Under the pieces are notes generated by a model. The model was given only the letters and a program-made list of their open reading frames with translations. It searched no databases and was not told where the DNA came from. A program made the position numbers and the translations under genes. Below are positions 39,062 through 48,890 of a DNA stretch of 54,017 nt, piece after piece. Numbering within the stretch: the stretch's first letter is position 1; each line of letters begins with the position of its first letter. Origin of the DNA: Promethearchaeia archaeon (lineage in GTDB: Archaea > Asgardarchaeota > Lokiarchaeia > Sigyniarchaeales > SOKP01); the NCBI GenBank assembly GCA_029856045.1, contig JAHQWG010000009.1, positions 1-54,017 of the forward strand, given 5' to 3'.

Positions 39062-40204
39062 ATGATTTACCAGTTTGGTCAAACTCAAGGAACTGATCCG
39101 ATTTCACTACTATTAAGTATTTTCTTTTATGTTATCTTCATTGTTTTTATGTTTTATGGAACCAAAATTCAGGGGTGGCGTGCTTCAAAGGAAATTGAAG
39201 TAGCTTTAGGTGAACTAAAAACGTGGAATAATGAGGGAAAGAGTCTTGTTATGAAAAAGATGCAAGAATTTAAAGACAAGAATTTATCTTCACAAGATTT
39301 AAAAGTAAAAATTGAAGATATTATGACGTTTGTAACGATCTCACCGACTAATTTGGATCCAGCTGGAATTATACCAAAATTGGACCATTTAATAAATGTT
39401 AGAGATGACCGATTCAAAGAAGAGATCAAGATCTTAGCCCCTAGCGCCGACTCTGTGACCTCTAGTAATCTTGAGAATCTTTTAGAGGCATCAATGGCTT
39501 TGGATTTCATTTATCGTCTTATTAGGCATTATTTGATCTTAGGAAAAAAAAGTAAAAGTATGTTGTTATTGATGCAGATTCAAATGCAATTATCATTAAT
39601 TATGACAATGGCCAAGTCTTATTTACATGCAACTAGAGCATTTAAGGAAGGTAGTCCCATCGGGGATGCACTGGGACCATTAGTTGTAGCTAGTATGATT
39701 CGAGATATTTCAAATAGAGATGATGTTGAAGCTATTGAGATAGCTAAGGATACAATCTATCAACAAGTAGATTTTGAGGATAGAACAATTTTTTTAGTAA
39801 GAGCTAAAGGCCCAGGTGGAACTGTCGGAAAACCCGGAGAAGCTATTAAAATATTAGTAGAAAAGCATAAAAATGAGATATCAAGGATTATTATGATTGA
39901 CGCAGGTTTAAAATTAGAAGGTGATCGAACGGGTTCAGTTGCAATAGGTGTTGGCGCAGCAATTGGTGGGATTGGAGTTGAAAAATTTAAAATTGAAGAA
40001 TCAACTTCCGGAGTGAAAATACCTATTGATGCAGTAATTTGTAGAGAAAGCTTAGAAGACGCAATAACAACAATGAAACGACCTATTACCCGTTCTGTTC
40101 CCAAAATAATTGAGAGAATTAAGCAAGCCATCAGAACACGAACAGAAAAAGGCACAAAAATAATTATTGCGGGAATAGGAAATACAATTGGAATAGGAGT
40201 TTAA
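39062..40204 (+). CDS. DUF1512-family archaeal membrane-anchored protein
   Basis: N-terminal TM; LDPAGII.KL, PIGDALGPLV, AKGPGGTVGKPGEA, IDAGLKLEG..TG, GAAIGG.G.EK, GIGNTIGI. Confidence 0.8.
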   Translation: MIYQFGQTQGTDPISLLLSIFFYVIFIVFMFYGTKIQGWRASKEIEVALGELKTWNNEGKSLVMKKMQEFKDKNLSSQDLKVKIEDIMTFVTISPTNLDPAGIIPKLDHLINVRDDRFKEEIKILAPSADSVTSSNLENLLEASMALDFIYRLIRHYLILGKKSKSMLLLMQIQMQLSLIMTMAKSYLHATRAFKEGSPIGDALGPLVVASMIRDISNRDDVEAIEIAKDTIYQQVDFEDRTIFLVRAKGPGGTVGKPGEAIKILVEKHKNEISRIIMIDAGLKLEGDRTGSVAIGVGAAIGGIGVEKFKIEESTSGVKIPIDAVICRESLEDAITTMKRPITRSVPKIIERIKQAIRTRTEKGTKIIIAGIGNTIGIGV

Positions 40205-40296
40205 CTATTTTTTTCAAAATTTTCTAATAATTCATTTCAAATATCATTTAATCAAATAAAATAAAAAAAAATATTAAAATAAGAGAATTTTTAATT

Positions 40297-40701
40297 TTAA
40301 TAGAGTTGTGTATCTGTAGCAACAACACTATTTACCATTTCTTGTGCAGCCTTCGTTGCACGCATTATTTTTGCCATATTACCTACTAATTTAAATTTCC
40401 CAGCCATTAATCCTTGGATCGGATCAACTTTTTTAGTTAAAAGTAATATCCAATTATCCCATGTACCTGACCATATAAATTCAGCTTCTTGCTCTTCTCC
40501 AGGTTCTAAGACCCTCCCACCACGACATTTTCCGTGCCAAAGATCCACATATAACTTTAGTTCATGATCAAGGTTTCCAGCAGGTTCAGCTATGAAGACG
40601 AAATCACCTTCCCACCAGCTAGCTGCCTCTTCATAGGCTTTGTTATTATTTAATTCTTCAACATATTTTTCAACCCATTCTTTAGTTCCAAATAAAGGCA
40701 T
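40297..40701 (-). CDS. SCP2 sterol/lipid-binding domain protein
   Basis: WEGDF, DLWHGKCR, DPIQGLMAGKFKLVGNM (SCP2 C-terminal motif). Confidence 0.8.
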   Translation of the reverse strand: MPLFGTKEWVEKYVEELNNNKAYEEAASWWEGDFVFIAEPAGNLDHELKLYVDLWHGKCRGGRVLEPGEEQEAEFIWSGTWDNWILLLTKKVDPIQGLMAGKFKLVGNMAKIMRATKAAQEMVNSVVATDTQLY

Positions 40702-40964
40702 TTTACTTATTCCTCTAATTTTTTTTAATTAATATATTTAGTATTAGATACAAAAAAATGTTTTGTCTTTTAAATTTAAAAAAATCTTTCTTTCATATAT
40801 TGAATACAATGTTGAAAAAATAGAACTAGAAATTACGTAATATATTCTTTAATTAGATTTTTTCTTTAGTCTCATAATAGATTAAAAAAAAATATTAAGC
40901 TTGTTTTATTACAATTATATGATTAAGAGAAAATATCAATTTAAATTATGGATTTGTTTTAATA

Positions 40965-43661
40965 ATGGTGACCTCTAATAATAAAAAACAAATATATACT
41001 TTTAAAGAAGGTTCTAAAGAATTAAAGCTTCTTTTAGGAGGGAAAGGAGCAAACCTCGCTGAAATGACTAACTTAGGATTAAATATACCTCCAGGCTTCA
41101 CTATCTCAACTGAAGCGTGTTTAGAATATTTTGAGAATCCAAAAATTATTGATGCTCTACGAGATGATATTTTAAAAAATATCAAGTTGTTAGAAGAACA
41201 AACAGGAAAGAGTTTTGGAAGTAATAAAAATCCTTTATTACTTAGTATAAGGAGCGGTGCACCTATGTCGATGCCGGGAATGATGGATACTGTATTAAAT
41301 CTTGGATTAAATGATATTTCCGTGGCAGGTCTTGCAGCTACTACAGATAATCAGAGATTTGCATATGATTCATACAGGAGATTTATACAAATGTTTGGAG
41401 ATGTTGTTATGGGAATTCATGCTGATAAATTCGAGAGAATTTTAGAGGGTTATAAAAGAAGAATAGGAAGACACGCACAAGATACTGATATCACTGTAGT
41501 TGATCTTCAAAAACTTATAAATGATTATAAACAACTTTATAAAACTGAAATTGAGAAAGATTTTCCTCAAAACCCTAAAGAACAGTTGTTTCTGGCAATA
41601 GAAGCAGTATTTAAATCTTGGAATAATAAACGTGCAATTACATACAGAAGAATTAATGATATACCGAATTATGGAACTGCTGTTAATGTACAAGCAATGG
41701 TTTTTGGAAATAAAGGTTTTAATTCAGCTACTGGAGTAGCATTTTCAAGAGATCCAGGAAATGGTGAAAAAATTAAATTTGGAGAGTATTTAACTAACGC
41801 ACAGGGAGAAGATGTTGTAGCAGGAATAAGAACTCCAAAAAAATTAGAAAATATGAAAGAAGAATTTCCTGAGATATATAAAAATCTGATTAAAACGATG
41901 GAGAATCTTGAAAAGCATTATAGAGATATGCAAGATATCGAATTTACTATCGAAGATAAAATTTTATTCATTCTACAAACAAGAAATGGAAAAAGAACAC
42001 CACTTGCAGCTGTAAAAATCGCAGTTGATTTATTCAAAGAAGGATTGATTTCAAAAGAAGAAGCAATAGAAAGAATTGATCCAAAAGGTTTATCAAATTT
42101 ACTCTTTAAAAGTATTGATGAAAATTCTTATTTTCAGGTCTTAGCACATGGCATTGCTGCATCACCTGGAGCTGTATTCGGATTGGCAATTTTTGATGCA
42201 GATACTGCAGAAAAATTAGTACATGAAAGTAATAAAGATGTTATTTTGGTAAGACCTCAAACTAAACCTGAGGATATTCATGGTCTTTATGCGTCAAAAG
42301 GTGTTTTAACTCAATTTGGTGGTAAAACATCTCATGCTGCTGTTGTGGCTCGTGGAATGGGAAAACCTGCCATTGTAGGTGCTTCTGAAATCCATATTGA
42401 TGTTGATAATCGAGAATTTACTGTTGGAGATGTTGTTATTAGAGAAGGTGAAGTGATTACAATTGATGGTACAAAAGGATTAGTGATAGCAGGAAAAGTT
42501 CCTTTAGTGGAACCAGAGATTAGGGGAGAATTTAAAGAATTATTAGAAATGGTAAATGAAATAAAATTTCTTGGTGTTAAAGCAAATGCAGATACTCCTA
42601 CTGACGCTCAAAAAGCTATAGAATTTGGTGCGGAGGGAATTGGTCTCTGTCGTACAGAACATATGTTTATGGCACAAGATAGATTACCTGTAGTCCAAAA
42701 GATGATTTTAGCTAGAAACCAAGAAGATAGACAAGATGCATTAAATAAATTACTTCCAATGCAAAGATCTGATTTCTATGAAATTTTTAAAGTTATGGAA
42801 GGAAAACCTGTTACGATAAGATTACTTGATCCACCATTACATGAATTTCTTCCGGATTTAAATGAAATTCTACTAGAAAATATGACGCTTAAGATTACAA
42901 ATAATTTAACACGTCAATTACTCAACCTCACTCCATTAGATGAGGAAATTACAGAAAGAAATAAAATGGTTTCCTTAATTCGTTCAATTTCTGAAGTAAA
43001 TCCAATGATGGGTTTAAGAGGTTGTCGTTTAGGAATTACTTGGCCAGAAATTAATGAGATGCAAGTTAAAGCAATATTTCAAGCGGCATGCCAATTAAAG
43101 AAAGAAGGAGTCGACGTTAGACCAGAAGTTATGATTCCTTTAGTAGGAGTTGTGGAGGAATTGCTTGAGGTTAAAACTCAGCTTCAAAAAGTTGCTGAAA
43201 AAATTTTAAAAGAAAATGAATGTGATCTTAAATATAAATTCGGAACAATGATTGAAGTACCTCGAGCTGCATTAATTGCCGGAGAAATTGCAAAACATGC
43301 TGATTTTTTTTCATTTGGCACAAATGATATGACTCAAATGACTTTTGGTTATTCTCGGGATGATGCAGAAGGTAAATTTATTCCAGTCTACTTAAGTAAA
43401 GGAATATTAAAAAAGAATCCATTTGAAGTCTTAGATAGAGAAGGTGTAGGAAAACTCTTAAAAATGGCAGTAAAAGATGGAAAAACAGCAAATCCTGATT
43501 TAGAATGCGGAATTTGTGGAGAACATGGTGGAGAACCATCATCTATAGAATTCTCTCACGAAATTGGGTTAGATTATGTTTCTTGTTCACCTTATAGAAT
43601 TCCCATTGCACGTGTCGCAGCTGCACAAGCTGAATTAAAATATCAAAGGAAAAAATCTTAG
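40965..43661 (+). CDS. ppdK: Pyruvate, phosphate dikinase
   Basis: LGGKGANLAEM, RSGA..SMPGMMDT, QGEDVVAGIRTP, GGKTSHAAVVARG (phospho-His), GIGLCRTEHMF, FSFGTND, CGEHGG, YVSCSP. Confidence 0.97.
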   Translation: MVTSNNKKQIYTFKEGSKELKLLLGGKGANLAEMTNLGLNIPPGFTISTEACLEYFENPKIIDALRDDILKNIKLLEEQTGKSFGSNKNPLLLSIRSGAPMSMPGMMDTVLNLGLNDISVAGLAATTDNQRFAYDSYRRFIQMFGDVVMGIHADKFERILEGYKRRIGRHAQDTDITVVDLQKLINDYKQLYKTEIEKDFPQNPKEQLFLAIEAVFKSWNNKRAITYRRINDIPNYGTAVNVQAMVFGNKGFNSATGVAFSRDPGNGEKIKFGEYLTNAQGEDVVAGIRTPKKLENMKEEFPEIYKNLIKTMENLEKHYRDMQDIEFTIEDKILFILQTRNGKRTPLAAVKIAVDLFKEGLISKEEAIERIDPKGLSNLLFKSIDENSYFQVLAHGIAASPGAVFGLAIFDADTAEKLVHESNKDVILVRPQTKPEDIHGLYASKGVLTQFGGKTSHAAVVARGMGKPAIVGASEIHIDVDNREFTVGDVVIREGEVITIDGTKGLVIAGKVPLVEPEIRGEFKELLEMVNEIKFLGVKANADTPTDAQKAIEFGAEGIGLCRTEHMFMAQDRLPVVQKMILARNQEDRQDALNKLLPMQRSDFYEIFKVMEGKPVTIRLLDPPLHEFLPDLNEILLENMTLKITNNLTRQLLNLTPLDEEITERNKMVSLIRSISEVNPMMGLRGCRLGITWPEINEMQVKAIFQAACQLKKEGVDVRPEVMIPLVGVVEELLEVKTQLQKVAEKILKENECDLKYKFGTMIEVPRAALIAGEIAKHADFFSFGTNDMTQMTFGYSRDDAEGKFIPVYLSKGILKKNPFEVLDREGVGKLLKMAVKDGKTANPDLECGICGEHGGEPSSIEFSHEIGLDYVSCSPYRIPIARVAAAQAELKYQRKKS

Positions 43662-43718
43662 AAATTTTTCCTTCTTCCTTTTAAATATCTAATTTCTATT
43701 AATGCTGGTGAGACTTTT

Positions 43719-44339
43719 TTGATTGATATCCTAGTAATTGGAGATACACACATTCCTAAAAGAGCCGTGAGCTTACATCCATTATTGATTAAAGAACTAA
43801 ATAATCTATCTACAGAAAAACTATTTGATTTTGTAGTATTTACGGGAGATGTAGTTAAATCACCAGAAACTATAAGATATTTTAAAAATCTAGCCGAAGA
43901 AAAATTCTTGATAGTTCAGGGCAATATGGACTATTATTATGGAAATATTGAAGCTCCTTTATATGATTCTTTCTCTATTAGATTAAAAAACGACTCTTAT
44001 TTAAATATAGGAATAACACATGGGGCAGAAATTCATCCACGTGGAGATAAAGATGAATTATTAAAAATTGCTAAAGAAAATGACGTTAACCTTCTAATTT
44101 TTGCACATACACATTTTGCAGAAATTTTTCTTTCTTCAGATGGTATTCTATTACTTAATCCTGGGAGCTTTACGGGTGCTTGGAGTTTCGTAGCATCTAG
44201 AACTCCATCCTTTGTAATTATTAAAGTATATATTGAAGAAAATGAAATTAAGGTTATTTTGTATGAACTAAAAAATGATCGAATAATTACAACGATTGAG
44301 AGTTTTTATTTTAAACATCAACAATTTTTAAAATCTTAA
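43719..44339 (+). CDS. Metallophosphoesterase of the YfcE/MJ0936/Vps29 family
   Basis: GDTHIP.RA, TGD, GNMD, THG, AHTH, NPGSFTGAWS. Confidence 0.85.
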   Translation: MIDILVIGDTHIPKRAVSLHPLLIKELNNLSTEKLFDFVVFTGDVVKSPETIRYFKNLAEEKFLIVQGNMDYYYGNIEAPLYDSFSIRLKNDSYLNIGITHGAEIHPRGDKDELLKIAKENDVNLLIFAHTHFAEIFLSSDGILLLNPGSFTGAWSFVASRTPSFVIIKVYIEENEIKVILYELKNDRIITTIESFYFKHQQFLKS

Positions 44340-44392
44340 ATATTTACTTTTACTAATTTTTTTACAGAATTAATACTAAAAGAAAAATAAAA

Positions 44393-44809
44393 TTAATTTT
44401 CTACTGGGATTTTATCTAAAACTAATATTTTTGAAATTTTTAATAATTTTCTAAGATTTCTGCCACCTTTCTTAACTTTTAGCTTCCGTTTGCCAAATCT
44501 ATTTTTTTTAGTCACCATATGCACAGTTGAGTAAGTCCCATTTGAAAAATACATTAAATCTTCAGGATCTGCCATTAATTCTAAATCAAAATTTTCTAAT
44601 CTACCTCTATTTAATTTATAATCTCCATCTTTTGCTGTTAAATTTAACCAAAAGTAGTATTCTTCTTCTATTTGAAGTCCCAAATTAACGTTTCCTTCAA
44701 AAGAATTAAGTACTTTAATATTTTTAGGATTTTTTCTTTTGTCTTCTATTATTGCGTTGATAACTCCACTAAATGTTATAAATAAATTTTTTTTTTCAAA
44801 TTCTTCCAT
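44393..44809 (-). CDS. SCP2-like small protein
   Basis: Size, beta-rich middle, DLELMADPEDL and C-terminal KLKVKKG match an SCP2-like pattern. Confidence 0.5.
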   Translation of the reverse strand: MEEFEKKNLFITFSGVINAIIEDKRKNPKNIKVLNSFEGNVNLGLQIEEEYYFWLNLTAKDGDYKLNRGRLENFDLELMADPEDLMYFSNGTYSTVHMVTKKNRFGKRKLKVKKGGRNLRKLLKISKILVLDKIPVEN

Positions 44810-44946
44810 TTTTTTTTACCTTAAATTTCTGCATTTTTTAGAATTTTCTAATTACAATATAAAATCTATTAATCCATAATTATCATAAATAATTAAATAT
44901 TATTTGTTTTAAAATTAAATAAAATAAATTAAGAGGTAAATTAAAA

Positions 44947-46146
44947 ATGTGGTATTTTTTCAGTCCAAATATTGTCTACGGAGAAGATGCTCTTGATTTC
45001 TTAGAAAAGATTCCTGGAAATAAATGTTTTATTGTAACTGATGAAGTTCTTGTCAACCTAGGGTATTTAGATATATTAACTGAAAAGCTAACTAAATTTG
45101 GAAAGGAATTTAAAGTATTTAGCGAAGTAGAATCAGATCCTCATGAAGAAACCGTTTTAAAAGCGAGAGAACATTGTATATTTTACAAACCAGACATCGT
45201 AATTGGATTTGGAGGTGGCTCTCCAATGGATACGGCAAAAGCTGTCAGAGCATTATATGAATTTCAAAACATGGTTGTTGATGATCTGCATCCATTTAAT
45301 GACGAGTTATTTAAATTAGGTCAAAAAACAAAAATGGTTGCAATCCCAACAACAAGTGGAACTGGTGCAGAAACTACATGGTCTGTGATTATTAATCGTT
45401 TTGAAGATAACTATTGGAGAAAATTAGAACAAGCTCATAAGGCATTAGCTCCCGATATTGCTATTGTGGATCCAATATTTACGGTTGGAATGCCCCCAAA
45501 ATTAACTGCAGGAACTGGTTTTGACGCTGTTGCTCATTCACTTGAAGGTCTATTTTCTGTATGGCGTAATGATTTCAGTGACGCAATGAGTTATAAAGCA
45601 TTAGAACTTGCTTTTGAATATCTCCCTAAAGCATATAAAAATCCAAATGATATGGAAGCAAGAGATAAAATGCATCAAGCAGCTACGATGGCTGGCTTAG
45701 CATTTGGAAATTCTCAAGCCAATCTAGGTCATAGCATGGGTCATGCATGGGGTGCAGTATTTCATACTCATCATGGTTTAGCAGTTGGACTTTTCTTGCC
45801 TTATATCATGCAATATTGTATAAATAATCCAGATGAAAATGATAAAACAGCGGCAATCTTAGGAAAAAACGCAAAATTATTGAATTTTGCAAAATGGGAT
45901 ACCAATGATAAAGAAGCTGCAAATGTTCTTGTCAAGAAAGTTAAAGAATTACAGAAATTGGTTGATTTTCCTCAATCTTTAAAAGAGTTAGATATTCCAA
46001 AAGAAGATTTTGATAAAAACTTAGATCATCTTGTAAGTTTATGTTTTCAGTCAAGTAGTTCCGTAATGTCTCCTAGATCAGCGGATGGAGAAGCATTTCG
46101 AAATTTATATAGATATGCTTATGAAGGTAAAGATATTGATTTTTAA
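44947..46146 (+). CDS. Iron-containing alcohol dehydrogenase
   Basis: GGGSPMDTAK, IPTTSGTGAETT, GFDAVAHSLEG, AATMAGLAFGNS, HSMGH, HHG. Confidence 0.92.
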   Translation: MWYFFSPNIVYGEDALDFLEKIPGNKCFIVTDEVLVNLGYLDILTEKLTKFGKEFKVFSEVESDPHEETVLKAREHCIFYKPDIVIGFGGGSPMDTAKAVRALYEFQNMVVDDLHPFNDELFKLGQKTKMVAIPTTSGTGAETTWSVIINRFEDNYWRKLEQAHKALAPDIAIVDPIFTVGMPPKLTAGTGFDAVAHSLEGLFSVWRNDFSDAMSYKALELAFEYLPKAYKNPNDMEARDKMHQAATMAGLAFGNSQANLGHSMGHAWGAVFHTHHGLAVGLFLPYIMQYCINNPDENDKTAAILGKNAKLLNFAKWDTNDKEAANVLVKKVKELQKLVDFPQSLKELDIPKEDFDKNLDHLVSLCFQSSSSVMSPRSADGEAFRNLYRYAYEGKDIDF

Positions 46147-46168
46147 ATAAATATTAAGGTGTATTAAA

Positions 46169-47998
46169 ATAAAAGGATTTAGAGGTAAGTTATTAAAGGT
46201 TAATCTTACAACAAAAGAAATTACTACTGAACCATTAAATGAAGAAATCGCGAAAAATTTTTTAGGAGGTTCTGGCTATGCGTGTCGTTATTTATATGAT
46301 TTAGTTGAAAAGGATACAGACGCACTTTCACCTGAAAGCATTTTGATGATAATGACAGGTCCTCTTTTGGGGACATTTGCTCCTAATACTGGAAGATGGG
46401 TAGTTTGTGCGAAATCACCTTATACAGGAATTTGGGGTGAAGCAAATTGTGGTAGCTTTTTTGGAGCTGAGGTTAAAAAAGCGGGGTATGACGGCTTAAT
46501 AATTGCAGGCGCCTCAGATAAGCCTGTTTATCTTGAAATTATTGACGATAAGGTCGAAATTAAGGATGCAGACTTTTTATGGGGAAAGGGTACATATGAA
46601 ACAACTGAAAAACTCAAAGAAATTTTGGGAGATAAAAAAGCCTATGTTGCATGTATAGGACAAGCCGGTGAAAATCTCGTAAAATTTGCAAATATCATAT
46701 CTGAAGAAAGAGCAGCTGGAAGAACAGGAATGGGTACAATAATGGGTTCCAAGAAATTAAAAGCAATTATTGTCAAAGGAAGTAATATAAAAGTTGATGT
46801 AGCGAATCCTGATAAATTAAAAGAAGCAATAAATATTACGAAAGAAAGTGTAAAAAATGCATTTTTTTCAACTTTAATGAATGATTTAGGAACATCCAGT
46901 GGTGTAGATATGTATAATGCAACAGGTGAATTGCCCATTAAATATTGGACTCAATCAAATTGGGATGGTGCATTTAACATATCTGGATCAACCATGGCTG
47001 AAAAGATGTTAGTGGGTCAAAGATTTTGTCATTCATGTGTTATTGGGTGTGGAAGGAAAATTGCTATTAAAGAAGGGAAATATCAAACAGAGGAATGTGA
47101 AGGTCCCGAGTATGAAACGATTGCCGGATATGGATCAATGCTTTTGAATGATAATATAGAGTCAATTGCTCATTTAAATAAAAAATGCACTGATTATGGG
47201 ATTGATACTATTAGTTCAAGTAGTGTGATTGCTTGTCTATTTTATCATTATGATCTTGGTAATATTAAAGTAGAAAATCTTGACGGATTAAAACCAGAAT
47301 GGGGAAATATTGATGTTGCTGAAGAATTATTAGATAAAATAGTATATAGACAAGGAATTGGTGATCTTTTAGCTGAGGGTTCAGATGCAATTGCAAAAAA
47401 ATTTAATATCTCACAAGATGAAATCGCTACAGTTAATGGATTAGAAGTTACATATCATGATCTTCGTTCTTGTTATGGAATGGCAATAGCATATGGAATT
47501 GGACCAAGAGGTCCCTCCCACAATGCGTGCGACACCTATATGGTTTTAATGGGTCTTCCATTTCAAGAAATTGGCATTCAAAATATTGACAAATTCTTGG
47601 ATAATAAAGAAATGGCTGAAGTATGTGCTTTAAATCAAGATTATCGCGCACTCTATAGTTCAATGATAATGTGCTCTTTTGCTAACCCCCCACCATCCCA
47701 AAACGCTGCTTTAATTGAAAATACAACTGGATTAACATTTGGAATTAAAGAAGTTAAATTATATGGTGAAAGAATTCTCAATATGAAAAGAATGTTCAAT
47801 ATTAAAATGGGTTTAACATCAACGGATGATAGATTGCCTGATATATTGTTAAGACCATTTAATGATGGTGGTGCGGCAGGTAAAACGCCAAATTTTAAAC
47901 AATTGAAGAATTTATTTTATGATTATCGTGACTGGGATCCTAATACTGGAAAACCCAATGAATCTAAATTAAAATCATTAGGCTTGGATAAACTGTAA
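46169..47998 (+). CDS. aor: Tungsten-type aldehyde:ferredoxin oxidoreductase family protein (start extended to ATA at 46169)
   Basis: The 58 in-frame codons upstream of 46343 encode the AOR N-terminus (KGFRGKLLKVNLT...FLGGSG...DALSPE); KSPYTG, GRTGMG.IMGSKKLKA, CHSCVIGC, EGPEYET, GIDTIS, D.LP. Confidence 0.9.
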   Translation: MKGFRGKLLKVNLTTKEITTEPLNEEIAKNFLGGSGYACRYLYDLVEKDTDALSPESILMIMTGPLLGTFAPNTGRWVVCAKSPYTGIWGEANCGSFFGAEVKKAGYDGLIIAGASDKPVYLEIIDDKVEIKDADFLWGKGTYETTEKLKEILGDKKAYVACIGQAGENLVKFANIISEERAAGRTGMGTIMGSKKLKAIIVKGSNIKVDVANPDKLKEAINITKESVKNAFFSTLMNDLGTSSGVDMYNATGELPIKYWTQSNWDGAFNISGSTMAEKMLVGQRFCHSCVIGCGRKIAIKEGKYQTEECEGPEYETIAGYGSMLLNDNIESIAHLNKKCTDYGIDTISSSSVIACLFYHYDLGNIKVENLDGLKPEWGNIDVAEELLDKIVYRQGIGDLLAEGSDAIAKKFNISQDEIATVNGLEVTYHDLRSCYGMAIAYGIGPRGPSHNACDTYMVLMGLPFQEIGIQNIDKFLDNKEMAEVCALNQDYRALYSSMIMCSFANPPPSQNAALIENTTGLTFGIKEVKLYGERILNMKRMFNIKMGLTSTDDRLPDILLRPFNDGGAAGKTPNFKQLKNLFYDYRDWDPNTGKPNESKLKSLGLDKL

Positions 47999-48121
47999 TT
48001 TATAATAATTTCTTTTTTTTTTTATATCTCAAAAATAAAGTAATTGATTCAGAATTTATTAAGTGATTTTGAGAAGATTACAATCGAAAATACTTAAAAT
48101 GGAAGTTAAAGTTACATGAAA

Positions 48122-48280
48122 TTACTCATTTTTTTGAATTTCTCGATATTCCTTAGTTATCAAAAATCTAATAATTTCAGTGTTATTTTTTATTCCATGA
48201 TACTCTTTAATGTCTTCTAACTTTTGAAATATTTCACTTTCGATTGGAACATGTAATTCTTTATTTTTCTCAACAACCAT
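48122..48280 (-). CDS. Ribbon-helix-helix (CopG/Arc/MetJ-like) transcriptional regulator, 52 aa, absent from the ORF track
   Basis: Hand translation: MVVEKNKELHVPIESEIFQKLEDIKEYHGIKNNTEIIRFLITKEYREIQKNE*; strand (ELHVPI), helix, G turn, TEIIRFLI helix. Confidence 0.75.
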   Translation of the reverse strand: MVVEKNKELHVPIESEIFQKLEDIKEYHGIKNNTEIIRFLITKEYREIQKNE

Positions 48281-48315
48281 TAGGTATATTTTAATAATAT
48301 TATTTAATAATTTTT

Positions 48316-48431
48316 TTGATTATCCATATAAAATCCACAAATTGGAAATTAAATTGATAACTTTATATCAAAAAGTTATTGATTATCCATATCTTATCCA
48401 AAAATTGGATAATAAATGAATAACTTTATAT
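48316..48431 (+). promoter_or_regulatory. Tandemly duplicated 53-bp operator/TATA unit between the RHH gene and the membrane-complex operon
   Basis: 48316-48368 and 48379-48431 match at 45/53 positions by hand alignment; each has TCCA-N5-TGGA (perfect TTATCCAA-AAA-TTGGATAA in copy 2) and ends in TATA-like CTTTATAT. Confidence 0.7.
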
Positions 48432-48584
48432 AACCTTAAATTGAATAATTATTCATAAAGCAGATAAATATCATTCAGATTAATTAAGTTTCATCACAAA
48501 AACTTTTGATGGAACAAAAAAAATGATACAACAGGGAGAATTTCCGTTTATTCATATTTTTTAATAAATAAGTGGAGAAAGAAT

Positions 48585-48890
48585 GTGATCATAATTGACG
48601 TTCTAGTATCAATATTTATTGTATATCTGGTAGTATTTATTATATATTTACTTGGAAATAAAAAAAAAAGGAATAGTGATACTTATCTATGCGGCGAAAG
48701 AACAACTGCAATTAAGGTGAAATATAAAGTCCGATGGATTTTTTATGCTAGTCTCTTTATTGCATTTGATGCAACAATAGTTCTTGTCGCTATTACCTCC
48801 CTTTCGCTTAATATTGTTACTATAATTTTTTTAGTTTTAATCACACTCTCTTTACTCTTTATCCCAAAGGAGGAAGAGAGAGATGAATAA
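48585..48890 (+). CDS. NuoA-like (ND3) membrane subunit
   Basis: TM, YLCGE loop, YASLFIAFD, TM; first gene of the operon. Confidence 0.75.
   Translation: MIIIDVLVSIFIVYLVVFIIYLLGNKKKRNSDTYLCGERTTAIKVKYKVRWIFYASLFIAFDATIVLVAITSLSLNIVTIIFLVLITLSLLFIPKEEERDE

Noticed and set aside
48316-48431. TTATCCA-containing repeats as DnaA boxes / oriC
   Set aside because: No perfect TTATCCACA, archaeal context, no dnaA or orc1/cdc6 nearby, no G-string ORB motif; the palindromic layout next to an RHH gene fits an operator better.
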